63,998 nucleotides of DNA, filler included, from Dugesia japonica (GCA_001938525.1; 6 parts of 6 records of this genome joined end to end with filler, not necessarily neighbours in it); one strand, 5' to 3'; counted from the first letter of the whole stretch, positions 37,641 through 49,549 are shown. The notes: a model not told the origin generated them from the sequence alone. A program made the numbers and translations.

Positions 37641-40600
37641 TTATAAACAATTTAGATTTTTATTAATCATGTCTAATCTTAAATGGTACATGTTACATTT
37701 TACACAATAATATTTATTTCCATGTGGCCATGTTGTTGTTCCATTATCTTCTATAATTCCCTTATCATCATATGCCATTAGAGCTATTTTCTTTTGTTCA
37801 ACTAATTCAATTTCATGACACTCAGATTTTAATGAATAGTTTGTACCATAAATTATTTTCTTAGGATCATTTAATACATTATCAAAATCTTTCATTAATA
37901 GTTTATTATTTTTCTTTACTCCTTTATTTCTAGAATCAAAACCCGTTTCATCATAACTATAAGCATAAGATTTTGCTTTTATAAAATTAGCTTGATTTAT
38001 TTCAGAATTAGGTATTTCATCCTTCATCTGAAATAGTTCATTTCCAAGTAAAGTTTTTAATTTTTCTAAATTATCTCTATGTTTTATCTCAAAAAATATA
38101 CTATCAGTATCTGAATAATGTATTTTATAATTATCATTACCAATTAATGGATCCATTTGATTGTATATAAAATCATACATTACTTGTTTGGCGTGTTCAA
38201 GTATTGTGAATCCAATATATGGAAATTTTTTATATTTTAATTTACCTTTTTCCATATTCATTGCTGCAATTTCTGCTTCATTTGAATCATTAATAGTAAA
38301 GATTTTACTTGACTTAAAAGTTATTTTACTTGCAAACTTTAGATAATCTTTCTCATTATCTACAATTTCTATGTTGCATCTATTTCTTATATTTTCTAAT
38401 GTTTTNNNNNNNNNNNNNNNNNNNNNNNNNNNNNNNNNNNNNNNNNNNNNNNNNNNNNNNNNNNNNNNNNNNNNNNNNNNNNNNNNNNNNNNNNNNNNNN
38501 NNNNNNNNNNNNNNNNNNNNNNNNNNNNNNNNNNNNNNNNNNNNNNNNNNNNNNNNNNNNNNNNNNNNNNNNNNNNNNNNNNNNNNNNNNNNNNNNNNNN
38601 NNNNNNNNNNNNNNNNNNNNNNNNNNNNNNNNNNNNNNNNNNNNNNNNNNTATATTGGGATCAGGTATAGTAATTACCCAATTGACCTTGTTGGTAATTA
38701 TATCATCCAACAGTCAAACATATCGGATTTTTCAGGCATACATGCAAACATACAATTACATAACATAAAATATTTAGTTTATCATTATTATAATTAATCA
38801 CATCTCACACTACCTAAACACACATAATTTTTCTTGTCTAATTGATTAAGTGTTAATTTAATATTATCTTTTAATATTTTCTTCTTAAAACTTTTTTGGT
38901 AATTACTTAACATCTCAGGTCTAATATTTATTCTGTCTGGTGCTAATGGGAAATATTTAGTTTTGTCATGTATTTCTGGTGGATAATCTTAATCCACTTC
39001 ATAAATAAAATTAATGTTATCATTTGACATTTCATATATTAAATCTTTACACTCAATAAGTTCACCAGTTGGTAATGGTTTAGTCATGCATGATGCATAT
39101 AATCAATTTTCATCTAAATATTTTATAAATGTATCATCAAAATAATCATCTGAAAATATTTGTTTTCCATGTAATAATAAATTTAATAATTTATTCATTT
39201 CTCCTTTATTTATTCTTTTAAATTTGGGACTTTTAGTATTATTATGTGAAAATACTTGACGTTCGCCACATACACCAGAATATCCACCTCTAATACCTTT
39301 CTTCAATTAATAAGAAAATGTCATATGTTTCAGGTTTAGCATATTTCAGTTTAATGTCAGCATTTAGCATTCCTGTTTCCCATGCATAACCTGGTGCTGA
39401 ATAAGAATAACTTGGATCTAATTTAAGATTGTTTTCTAGAAAATCAGTTAATATTAATACATCAAGTTTCATGTAATGTAACATGTATTCCCACATATTA
39501 TTATAGTTACTTTGTGGTCCACATATATCATTTTAAAATGATTCATATTCTTCATCAGATATTTCTTTTTGTGATAATGTGTTAAAGAAATCATCTTTTG
39601 TTGATAATCTGTTAGATTTTAATAAATTTTCAACTTCTTGAATATTTCCCCCTTTTACATATTCATAGGGAAATAGAGCCTTTTTAGGTTTTAAATTAAA
39701 TAATGTTAATATTGGATATTTATTTGATTGAGTTAATAATTTACCCATTACTTCAACTGATGTAAATGGAAGTAATCTAGCCGAATCTAAAAATTTAATA
39801 TTTTCATATTCAAATGAAATGTAATTATCAGATGAGTGTGGAATTATTTTTTTTATTTTACTTGGAAAATTAATCATTAGTTCTCTAAAAAATAAATGGT
39901 TATCATAACCTGATGCGTTATGAAAATAAAATGGAATAAATAAATTTTTAATTGATAGATCATTTACATTACATTCATTAAACGACCATCCTCTAAATTC
40001 ACCTGTGAAATGATTGTGATCTTTAACTGGATTTTCATATATTAATTTATCACAATATCTACATTTTGTGTCAAATGTATATTCTGGATGATTTATACCT
40101 TTATATGTTTTAAATAATTTGTTATCTTCTATTTCATTTAATTTATTATTAATATCTTCTAAAAATTGAAAGAATTCATCATAAATGTTTTCACCAGTAA
40201 ATTCATAATATTTACTTTTTAATAATTGTGGATAATCTGATTTTAAATAAACACTTAAAGATAAAGCTTTTTGTTTTCTAGTAAGAGAATTTGTATATGT
40301 TTCAAAATCACCAATTAGAATAAATGGTATTTTATTTATTTGATAAAATTTATTAAATGAATAATAATTTTTATATTCAAAAATAATGTTGTTTGGTTTG
40401 TGCCTAATACATGCATCTTGATGTTTATTTAAAACCGCTTCGCTTGAGTAACAATTCATACATCTGGTGCATAGATAATTTTTATTTCCATTTTTACTAA
40501 AGAATACACCTATATCTCTACATAAAATGTAATGATCTTTATATACTAATAAGTTACATTTATTTTCTGATATATCTGCTTTAATTGTAAAATGAGAAAT

Positions 40601-41632
40601 GTGAAGTGGTTCAAGTTTCTTATAATCATTTACACCATATACATTAATTTGATAATTATTTAATTTTTCAAATTTACTTATATCATCAATGTTCATTGGA
40701 AATTCAAAATCTTTATAATTTAAATCTGATAAATAAGGATAATAATTACTTGCACATGTAGGATTAGAATTAAAATATTTATGTGCTAATATTGAATATA
40801 AGAAACATTTGTTATCTTTATTTTCTATATTTATTACACCAGGTTTTTTAAATGGTAATTTACAATAAGTCGCACCTGCTAATGATTGATATTTAGAAAG
40901 ATCTAATGTAAAATCTATAATGTGCGACATTGCCCATCCACTTCCTTCTCTATCTTTATCTTCTAAATATTTTTCTAATTCATCAAATATTTCATTGGTA
41001 CTATTTTCAATTTCAATTTCCATTATAATTCTTTTATTTATTGAATAAGATGTAAAATCTCTTTCGATATAATCATTATTTATTATTTTTCCATATCTAC
41101 ATTTAACACCCATACTTATAACTATCTGTTTAGCATAATTAAAATATTTAGTAATAATTTCTTTAACTTGATTATAAAATATGTTAAGATCTCTAATTGT
41201 TTCATCAAATATTTCATATACATTTAATTTCATTTCTACTTTAACATCTTTTAAATATTTAATTTTATAATCTTTATATTTACTTAAAATATCTCTTATT
41301 CCTTGTTTAAAATTAATTTCTTCTTTATCTTTTGATTGATTAAGTAACATTTTTTTATGTCTATCAGAATTGTAATGTGTTCTTGCATGATTTTGTCTTA
41401 AAAATCGTTTGATGCAAATTTCACAGAATAATGCAACAATTTCTGGATTACCACATCTTGTTGCATTTAAATGTTCTTGTAAACTATTTTGTGAATTAAA
41501 TTTTTTTCTACATGTTTCACATTGAAATTCATCATTTAATCTATAACATATTCTTGATCTTTGATGACCTTTTAACCCAGCTAAATTCTTAAACTCTTTA
41601 TTACAATTATTACATTTAAATAAAGTACTCAT
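37641..41632 (-). pseudogene. Protein-primed family-B DNA polymerase with three N-terminal C2H2/C2HC zinc fingers
   Basis: EGSGW, NKDNKCFLYSILAH, GDFET (ExoI), DHNHFTGEFRG, FHNASGYD (ExoII), FLDS, KALFPYEY, KGIRGG, YLDEN*LY, YSDTDS, KGV. Broken by stops, a frameshift and an insertion near 38800. Confidence 0.95.
38651..38805 (-). mobile_element. LTR-like insertion inside pPolB
   Basis: The polymerase frame (KLTLNQLDKKNYVCLGS) gives way abruptly to non-coding TGTGATTAAT...TGTATG sequence running into a gap. Confidence 0.45.
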
Positions 41633-41743
41633 TTTCTAAAGGGATAATTTAATCCTCTTATTTTATTTTTATATTATTCCTCTTAAAATATTACATTTAT
41701 CATGTTTTGTATTTTCTATAGAATTAATTTGAAACATATTATT

Positions 41744-41890
41744 AAGTCACTTGGTGTATTTAAAATATTATAAAGTTACTTTGTGTATTTTATAAGTCAC
41801 TTTGTGTATTTATTAAGGCACTTTGTGTATTTAAAAAGTCACTTCGTGTATTTAACATTTATTAAGTCACTTTGTGTATTTAACATTTTT
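41744..41890. repeat. Six ~21-29 bp direct repeats AAGTCACTTTGTGTATTT upstream of pPolB
   Basis: Copies start at about 41744, 41773, 41794, 41815, 41836 and 41864. Confidence 0.9.
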
Positions 41891-41909
41891 TTATTTAACA
41901 TTTACCATT

Positions 41910-42350
41910 TTAACATTTAACAATATCGACTTGAGATTGATAATCTATTGTTTTTATTCCCACAAAGATTACTTTTCCAAAAGAAAACACATTAACAGAT
42001 ACTCGATTGAATTTTGTAAGTCGTAACCCAGGAAATAATTCAGATTTAAACATGCATTTAATTCTTTTGCTAAATCATTACAAGTTAATTGAATATCCAA
42101 AATTGATAACAATTGTAATGGACTGTAGTTGAATATCTTTGATATCATATTGTAAATGTTTTCTTTCCAAGGGTTTCTTACATCCCATGATTCTACATCT
42201 TTCGGATTTGAAGAATACTAACGTATATATTCCAGTTTTGTTGACAAGTTGTGATGGCTTGCTAATGGAAATATTCATTTTTTTCGTAACCTGTTGTGAA
42301 ACTTTGCCTCTGTTATTAATATTTGCAATTATAATTATATCAATAAACTT
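41910..42350 (-). pseudogene. TATA-binding-protein (TBP)-like gene, compact and intronless
   Basis: One frame with two adjacent stops: IIANINNRG...TLVFFKSERCRIMGCK...IQLQSITIVINFGYSINL**FSKRIKCMFKSELFPGLRLTKFNRVSVNVFSFGKVIFVGIK. This matches both TBP repeats (LIF-SGK-V-TGAK; YEPELFPGL). Confidence 0.8.
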
Positions 42351-42536
42351 TTAAAAGGAAAATTAATAAAATTAAATAAACAATAATTTAATTGATAAAT
42401 TAAAACAAACACTACGATGCGAGGTTTGATATTATATATAGAATAAACAATAAAACTGACACACTGCAAAACATATTTATAACTCAGTTACTCAATTACT
42501 CAAAACATATTTATAACTCAGTTACTCAGTTAATAG

Positions 42537-42567
<31 letters not shown>

Positions 42568-42568
<1 letters not shown>

Positions 42569-42696
42569 GTAGATGTAAAAATACGGTTTCTCGACAAGGT
42601 TGTGACCTTTCTTCACATACATATGTCTTGGGAAAAAATAGTTTATAGTGAATATAAATAAACTACTTATCGGGAATCCGTATTTTTACATCTACT
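42568..42696. mobile_element. 129-bp element with 27-bp terminal inverted repeats starting AGTAGATG
   Basis: AGTAGATGTAAAAATACGGTTTCTCGA versus the reverse complement AGTAGATGTAAAAATACGGATTCCCGA (25/27). No TSD visible. Confidence 0.8.
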
Positions 42697-43340
42697 TGGG
42701 CTGTACGTTCGATCTTTTGGATTTTTAGATTAGATTTTGATTTTTTTAAAATAGAAATGTGAATGCTAACTCAAACAAAAACACAAATAGAAATTTTTAG
42801 ATTTTTTTGATATTTTAAAAAAATTTAGAAAATATTCTATTTATAATAATAAGTAGCTAAAAGTTGAATTTTTTAATTTTTAAAATAAAGTGGCGTATAG
42901 AATGTTTTATTTTTCTATTTATATTTGTAAATATGTTTTNAATTAAATTAATAAAAAGATAAAATATTTATTAATTAAATTTTAAAAATTTATAAATGAA
43001 AAAATGTTTATCTATATAGTCATATAAAAAAACTCTTAAAAAATGAATTTAAAAATGGATATATACTATGGATGTATACTTTCTCAAAACTCGCTCCTGA
43101 AGCTTGGTGTTGGCAAGACGAAAAATTGAGCACCTTATTAAAGGAGTTTATGATTCTGATTTATGTGTTTACTGTCACACAAATGACTTGCACGTAAATT
43201 AGATGATTAACAATGAATGAGGTGGTAAAGAACCGGTTCTAAAAATAATAAATAAATCATTGGAGTTTTGTTAGTTTTAATTTTTAATTGTGCCCGTGGG
43301 CACAACCTTTTTAATTTTTGTTGTTTTATTTCTAAAGAAA

Positions 43341-44658
43341 ATGGAAACAACTAAAATTAATCTTGATAATAATACTAATTTTCAACATTTATTTTTGAAA
43401 AATGATGTTTTAAGAATTTTACCTTCATCTGGTTCAATAATTTAATGTCTTCTGGAGATATAGTTTTTCAATCTTTACAATCTTCAAATCCATTAGATAT
43501 TTGTAATTCAATGTTGTATTTTAAAGTTGAATAAGAATTTGGTGGAGCTGACGCTCATAAAGATAAAATAACTTAAGAAAATAATTGGTTTCCAAGTTTA
43601 TTTAAAACAATGAGATTAACTTTAGGATCTTCAGATGTAGAAATAATTAATGATTCAGGAATTTCATCAACAATATTAAATTTTATAACAACTAGTTCAA
43701 CTTATAAAAATATTTATGGTGAATTATAAGGTTGGTTGCCAGACACAAATCAAGGAGATTTAGATGTTAAAAGTTGGAATGCAAATCTACGTTTTTATAA
43801 AAGAAATAAACTTTATCCCAAAAAGAAATTTGAAGGTTATTTTCCTTTGAAAAATCTTTTTGGGTTTTTACAATGTTACAATAGATAATTATATAACACA
43901 ATGATTGAATTTACTTGTAATCGACAAATGAATGATAATTTAATATTTTATGGTGATACAGGTGCAACTGCTACTTTAAAATTAATGACACTAGAACTAC
44001 ATATTCCAGAATGCATATTAGTTCCAAAATTGGAAGTTAATCTTTTAGAAAGAATTAACACAAATAAATCTATCCAAGTTTCATTTTTAAATAGAATTAC
44101 ATCAAAAAAAACTTTAGATTCAGGAAATTATTATTCGGTAAAACTAAGTAATTTAACTTATAAACCAAGATATATATTTTTTGTAATAAAAAATTCAGAA
44201 ATTTCTTATCAAAAGAATAATAATTTATTTATCCAACAAAGTAGTAAAACTGTTGAAAATGAAAAGAAAGAAAAAGTTACAACAAAACATTTTCTTAAAA
44301 GTATTCAAGTACAATTAAACAAAACAAATTATCCTATAAATGTAAATTTAATATTAAAAATAATGAAATGATTTTTCCATATTTAAATTATGTAAATTGT
44401 TGTAAAGACATTTTAACAGAACCACAATTATCTCTTCAAGAATTTGGTGTTTTATACCCAATCTTTTGTTTTGATGGTAGTTCCCAAGGCGATAAATTAA
44501 ATATAAATACCGTAGATATAACTTTACATATAACTAAAGATACTGATTTTAAAGGATCCTTATGTTGGTGTATATTAGAAGAAAAACATATTGAAATGAA
44601 ATTATCAAATAGTAAAATTGTAATGATTGAAAATAAACGAGGAGAAAGTTTAGGTTAA
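43341..44658 (+). pseudogene. Major capsid protein (double jelly-roll, hexon/PY)
   Basis: NNWFPSLF..MRLTLGSSDVE, GWLPDT, FPLKNLFGF, KPRYIFF, IQVQLN..NYP, LYPIFCFD. Several frameshifts and stops. Confidence 0.88.
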
Positions 44659-44736
44659 TATTTTAACCACTGCAGCAGTCCTAAATTCTCTATTTTTAAA
44701 AACTTTTAAAAATAAAGCATTTAAATTTTAAATCAA

Positions 44737-46073
44737 ATGGATAATAAATATATTTGTGAAAATTGTAACAAAATATTACTTAGAAAAAATAAAGCTAGAC
44801 ATTTAAAAATATGTAAAACTGAAGAAGGTGATCACAAAGCTCAAACCTAAGATGGAGATCTTCAATCGTCTAATTAACTTCAGCAATTTTAAAACCATTT
44901 ACTTGGGAAAAGTATCCGGGAGAAAGATATTTGTTTAAACATAATTATACTGGACCTGGAACAAAATTAGATTTAAGATTAGATTCCTAAGGTAAACCAA
45001 ACCTTGGAGAAGAACCAATTAATAGAGTTGATGCAGCTGCTTTTAAACATTATTTATCTTATAAATCAGAAGATTTAAGAGATAGACATTTGGACGATGT
45101 AAATTTAATTCATGATTTAAATAATATCAAAAATCCAATCACTTCTAAAAAAATACAACGAGCTCTTGTAGAATTAGCAATAAAAGGTAAAAGTATTTTA
45201 GGTGCTGGCATAAGTCTGAGTGAAACGAATACTTTTCCCAAAAATAAAGAATTAAATTTAAAAAATAAAGAATTATTATCAAATGAACGTCATAAAGATT
45301 ATAGAAAACCAAAACATTTTCTAAAAGTAATAATAAAAGAAAAAGATAATACTTGAGGCTGTGATATTATTGATATGGTTAAAAAATCAACTGATGGATT
45401 TAGATATATTTTAGTTTGTATTGATTTATATTCTAGATATGGTTTTTGTGTACCAATAAAAAATAAAAATCAAGAATCTTTACGAGAAGCTTATGAAAAT
45501 ATATTTTAAGAAAATAATAGAATTCTTGATTTTATTTGGTTTGACAAAGAGTCAGCAATAAAATCAAAATACTTTGATAAATTTCTTTAAGAAAATGAAA
45601 TTAATTTGTATCATACTAAAAATGAAGATAAATCAATTTTTGCTGAAATATTTATTAGGACTTTAAAAACTAAAATGTGGAAATACTTAACATTAGTTGG
45701 TAATCAGAAATGGAATAAGAACTTGTTGGATAAAACTGTAAATGATTATAATAATACAATTCACTCTAGTATAAAAACAACTCCAAAAGAAGCTAGTGAA
45801 AATCCAGTTAAAATAAAAGAAATAATAAATCAACATAATCATGAAAATGATAACTTTAGTTTTAAACAAAAATTTAAAATTAGAGGTCGAGTTAGAATCT
45901 TTAAATATAAATACAAATTCGAAAAAGGATTTACAGCTAAATGGACAAATGAAATATTTGTAGTAGCTCAAGTTTATAATACAAAACCAATAACTTATGG
46001 AATTACAGATTAAGAAAACTAAAAGATTTTGGGTAGATTTTATGATAATGAACTTCAGAAAAATGTTTTATAA
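44737..46073 (+). pseudogene. Zinc finger + parvovirus-type phospholipase A2 fused to retroviral-like (rve) integrase
   Basis: CENC..RHLKIC. Then a single frame from ~44895: HNYTGPGTKL..PINRVDAAAFKHY.SY (PLA2), T*GCDIIDM, ILVCIDLYSRY, IWFDKES, AEIFIRTLKTKMW, YNNTIHSSIK, FEKGFTAKWTNEIF, GRFYDNELQ. Confidence 0.9.
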
Positions 46074-47126
46074 ATTTTAAATTAATAAATTAAAAATAAG
46101 TGAAAATTCTTTCAATTTTATTTTAAAAGGCGCTCTAAATGAAGAATCAAAAAATATTTTAAAAGAAGAATTTAAACAACAATTAAAAGAAGAATTTAAA
46201 AAAGAATCAGAAGAAAATAAATATTGAAAGAAATCACTCGCAGCCGTAAATTTAAGAAATCCAACAGAATTATTTTGGAAGTGGTTAACAGGTAATACTT
46301 ATTTATGGATTGCAGAAGTTGAACAAGAAGAAGAAACTTCAGTTTTAATTAATTATTTTAATTTTAAAAATATGGGTTCATATAGTATGANNNNNNNNNN
46401 NNNNNNNNNNNNNNNNNNNNNNNNNNNNNNNNNNTTAATTAATTAANNNNNNNNNNNNNNNNNNNNNNNNNNNNNNNNNNNNNNNNNNNNCTTAAAATCA
46501 AAAATTAATTATTACATCCTTTTAGAAACAATACCCCAAACAAAGATATCAGAAACAAGCCAGATCAATCAATACTTTATAATATATAACAGACAAGTCA
46601 TAAAATACCATTCCTCTACATACTACATAATGCAGTCAAAACAACAAGTTACACACAATCAGCAATCAAACAATAATAAACAGAGAATACATCAATACAA
46701 GCAAGCAGAGCACAACATAACAAGAAAAGATAACAAAAATAGCAAAGCAATACAGTCAATGCACAATAAATCTACACTCTCGACAGACATTCCTTCATCC
46801 TCATCCTTGGTCACAAAAGGTGTCGCGCATTTTTATAACCATATCCAAAGCTTTGTATTCAAAGATAAAGACAGTGAACCTAGGATAGAAGTTTTTAACG
46901 GTGTGAATACAATCCCGAATGTCCTAAAAAAACAACACTTTTGATAAGGATATCATTATGATACGATTTCAGAAAGCTCAGAGATACTCACTACAACAAT
47001 NNNNNNNNNNNNNNNNNNNNNNNNNNNNNNNNNNNNNNNNNNNNNNNNNNNNNNNNNNNNNNNNNNNNNNNNNNNNNNNNNNNNNNNNNNNNNNNNNNNN
47101 NNNNNNNNNNNNNNNNNNNNNNNNNN

Positions 47127-48284
47127 ATGCTGGAAAACAACACGCTGATATTAGAAGGAAAAATAGATCCGGGAATAAACCAAATAAAAGTCGCAATACA
47201 AGATATCCCAGCCGTCCTTTGTGTAGAATTAATTTATCATGATCGCATCCCTGTACCTTTCCCTATATACACTGCTATAAAAGGGCATTGTACGGTAAAC
47301 TATATAGACCTGATTAATCATACATCGTTCCTTAAATATGCAATCTTGACAGAAATTGATATAGAGCAACTAATAGTATATGTGGATATGATAACAGTCA
47401 AGGATTCATATTTCAATTTGCAAGTGGTGGAGTTGACGATATTGAATTATAAAGGGGAGATTATATTGGATGAAACCTTATGCCTACGAGAAAGGATAAA
47501 GCATTTCGACACAGCAATTACAGGGTATACCCATGAAAAAATAAAGAAATGTAAAGACGCATATCCTATAATTCTGAAAGCACGACAACTACTATATGGG
47601 AAAATACTAGTCGGTTTTGAATTAAGAAATAAATTAACAAGTTTACACATTGACCACAGACATGTTATTGGTATCAGAGACCTTGCAGAAGATAGATGGC
47701 GTAAGATGTATACTCCAAATGTAAAGAAGTTGAAATTGATCAACCTCATGGAGGCAGTATTTAAGCCTATAAGACATGATAGAATCATCAGGGATATGTT
47801 AAAAACGGCGAGAGAAAAGGCGCAAGAGTCGACGGCAAAACGGATAACATTCGTCAAGATTACATATAAACAAATAATTACTCAGCAACCGTGGCAAGAT
47901 TCTATATGTCCTGGTAGTAATCCGGTTGTAGAAAACAATGAGACAATGTTGCAAGAGGTCATGAGTAGAGAAAAGGAGAAACCAGATCGTATAATATGGA
48001 TATTAGACTCCGATTCAGATATGGAAAGAAATGGAGAGGAGACAGATGGAAGCACGGATAGCCAATCCAATGTGGTTAATGATACGGACACGGAGTGGGA
48101 CGAGGAAGACTTACCAGAGGAACTTAGACCACATAACGATGCAGAGGAACAGCAAAAATTAGTTGAAGATATAATGCGACGAAATCCTAAAGGGATAAAA
48201 ACGGATATGGATGCATCTGAAGATGACGAACTTCCAGAACAAACGATATCACGGAAAGAACTAAAGGAAGCTGAAAGTCTTTAG
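47127..48284 (+). CDS. REX4/ISG20-like DEDDh exonuclease-fold protein with degenerate active site and acidic tail (probably extends upstream to ~46630 through the gap)
   Basis: IVYVDMI..VELTILNYKGEIILDE..RERIKHFDTAITG..LLYGKILVGFELRNKLTSLHIDH..IRDL aligns with ALDCEMV..RVSIVNY.GEV.YD...DYRT.VSGI...L.GRILVGH.L.ND...L...H...RDT. Confidence 0.7.
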   Translation: MLENNTLILEGKIDPGINQIKVAIQDIPAVLCVELIYHDRIPVPFPIYTAIKGHCTVNYIDLINHTSFLKYAILTEIDIEQLIVYVDMITVKDSYFNLQVVELTILNYKGEIILDETLCLRERIKHFDTAITGYTHEKIKKCKDAYPIILKARQLLYGKILVGFELRNKLTSLHIDHRHVIGIRDLAEDRWRKMYTPNVKKLKLINLMEAVFKPIRHDRIIRDMLKTAREKAQESTAKRITFVKITYKQIITQQPWQDSICPGSNPVVENNETMLQEVMSREKEKPDRIIWILDSDSDMERNGEETDGSTDSQSNVVNDTDTEWDEEDLPEELRPHNDAEEQQKLVEDIMRRNPKGIKTDMDASEDDELPEQTISRKELKEAESL

Positions 48285-48519
48285 TTAGTTAAATCTTTAG
48301 AAGTTACGAAAAGGAAAATACAGATCATGTTCAATGTATTTTAAAATCACTAGCTACGAATACAACAAATAGTATTGAGAAAATGAAGATAGAAAATATT
48401 ATTGTGGAATTCGTTCAGTAGAAACAAAAACGATATAGGTCATTTTAAAATGGTGAAGCATGAGGGCCGTTTTTCCATGGCCAGCGTTCCTTTTCACCAT
48501 CAACTCAGGTGGAACACCA

Positions 48520-48730
48520 ACATTACTATTATTAATTATTATCACTATTATCACTATTATCACTATTATCACTATTATGGTTAGTATTATTATTCCTGAG
48601 TTATTATTATTATTATGTTCATCATTATTATTATTATTCAAAATGCTACTACTATTCACTATTATTCTTATGGTACTTTTGATATTATATTTACTTTCAT
48701 CGTTATCATTCTGAATGTTATTATGGTGAC
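48520..48730. repeat. ATTATCACT 9-mer and degenerate (ATT)n tract
   Basis: Directly visible. Confidence 0.85.
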
Positions 48731-49339
48731 TAGAGTTAGTGTCATTAATAATTAATACTAGTCTCTTCAGTACAACTCTTGTACCATTATCACTCTTGAG
48801 TTATCATGTTCCTTAATTTTTGTTCCTGGCAGTGTCATTATCGTTGTTTTATTTTAATCAATTACGACATAGCCCGCGTATATTTATATTCGTAGCGTTA
48901 TAACACATTTCTAGAACATGCACATATACTATGATCATAACTATAGCAGGCATGATTTATCAGTTGTTAATAAACATAGTGGTCGATGTCATAATATTTT
49001 TATGGCAGGTTTTTGTGTGGCAAAATAATAATTCCCGTGTTTCGCCAGAATAATAGAAATCACCGCCGTTAACGTTCATTAATTGCACATTAGCGCCAAT
49101 CAATTTTGTTTTTTTTTACCTCCGTTCAGACCCCTGTTACGGTTCCCACCGATAATTTACTAAGTAAACCCGAGTAATGCGAAGCTGATATGGACATTCC
49201 TGGCTAAGCAATTTAAACCTCTAATACATAAGGTTACCTCAAGTTATCATATGTTTAGCCTATTCACATTTAGACACATGAATAGTATCTTAACTGAGGT
49301 CCTAAATGTAATCCGACGAGAAAGAGAACGAACTCGCAG

Positions 49340-49549
49340 GAAACAGCTGATCGGACACTAGTTGGAGGAGCACACCAAGCAGAAGTCCATAAGATAGAAC
49401 TTTTACAACAATACATCGCGGATCTGGCAAACCACCTTAAACAGGAAACCTGGATCCGTTGGAAAAGCGATGATGACGAAGCCGTTTTAAATTTTATGAA
49501 TGGTGAGCTTACCCAGTGGTTAGATCTTGGGACACTACAATTCATGTAA
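49340..49549 (+). pseudogene. LTR-internal small ORF of unknown function (copy 2)
   Basis: KIELLQQYIADLANHLKQETWIRWKSDDDEAVLNFMNGELTQWLDLGTLQFM*; homolog of 16153-16347. Confidence 0.7.

Larger units (their letters stand above)
31934..46390. mobile_element. Endogenous Polinton/Maverick (adintovirus-type) virus, decayed, both ends outside the contig
   Basis: Co-located pPolB, double-jelly-roll major capsid, penton, adenain, rve integrase with PLA2, and conserved accessory ORFs. Confidence 0.95.

Noticed and set aside
41744-41890. Direct repeats as a CRISPR-like array
   Set aside because: Spacers are only a few bases of A/T, the context is eukaryotic, and there are no cas genes.
35200-45360. 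TGA at conserved Trp positions (adenain GTH*, integrase T*, also Tigger SHG* at 3404) suggesting a recoded genetic code
   Set aside because: The same genes also contain TAA/TAG stops and frameshifts, and TGG is used normally in these elements. Ordinary decay explains it.
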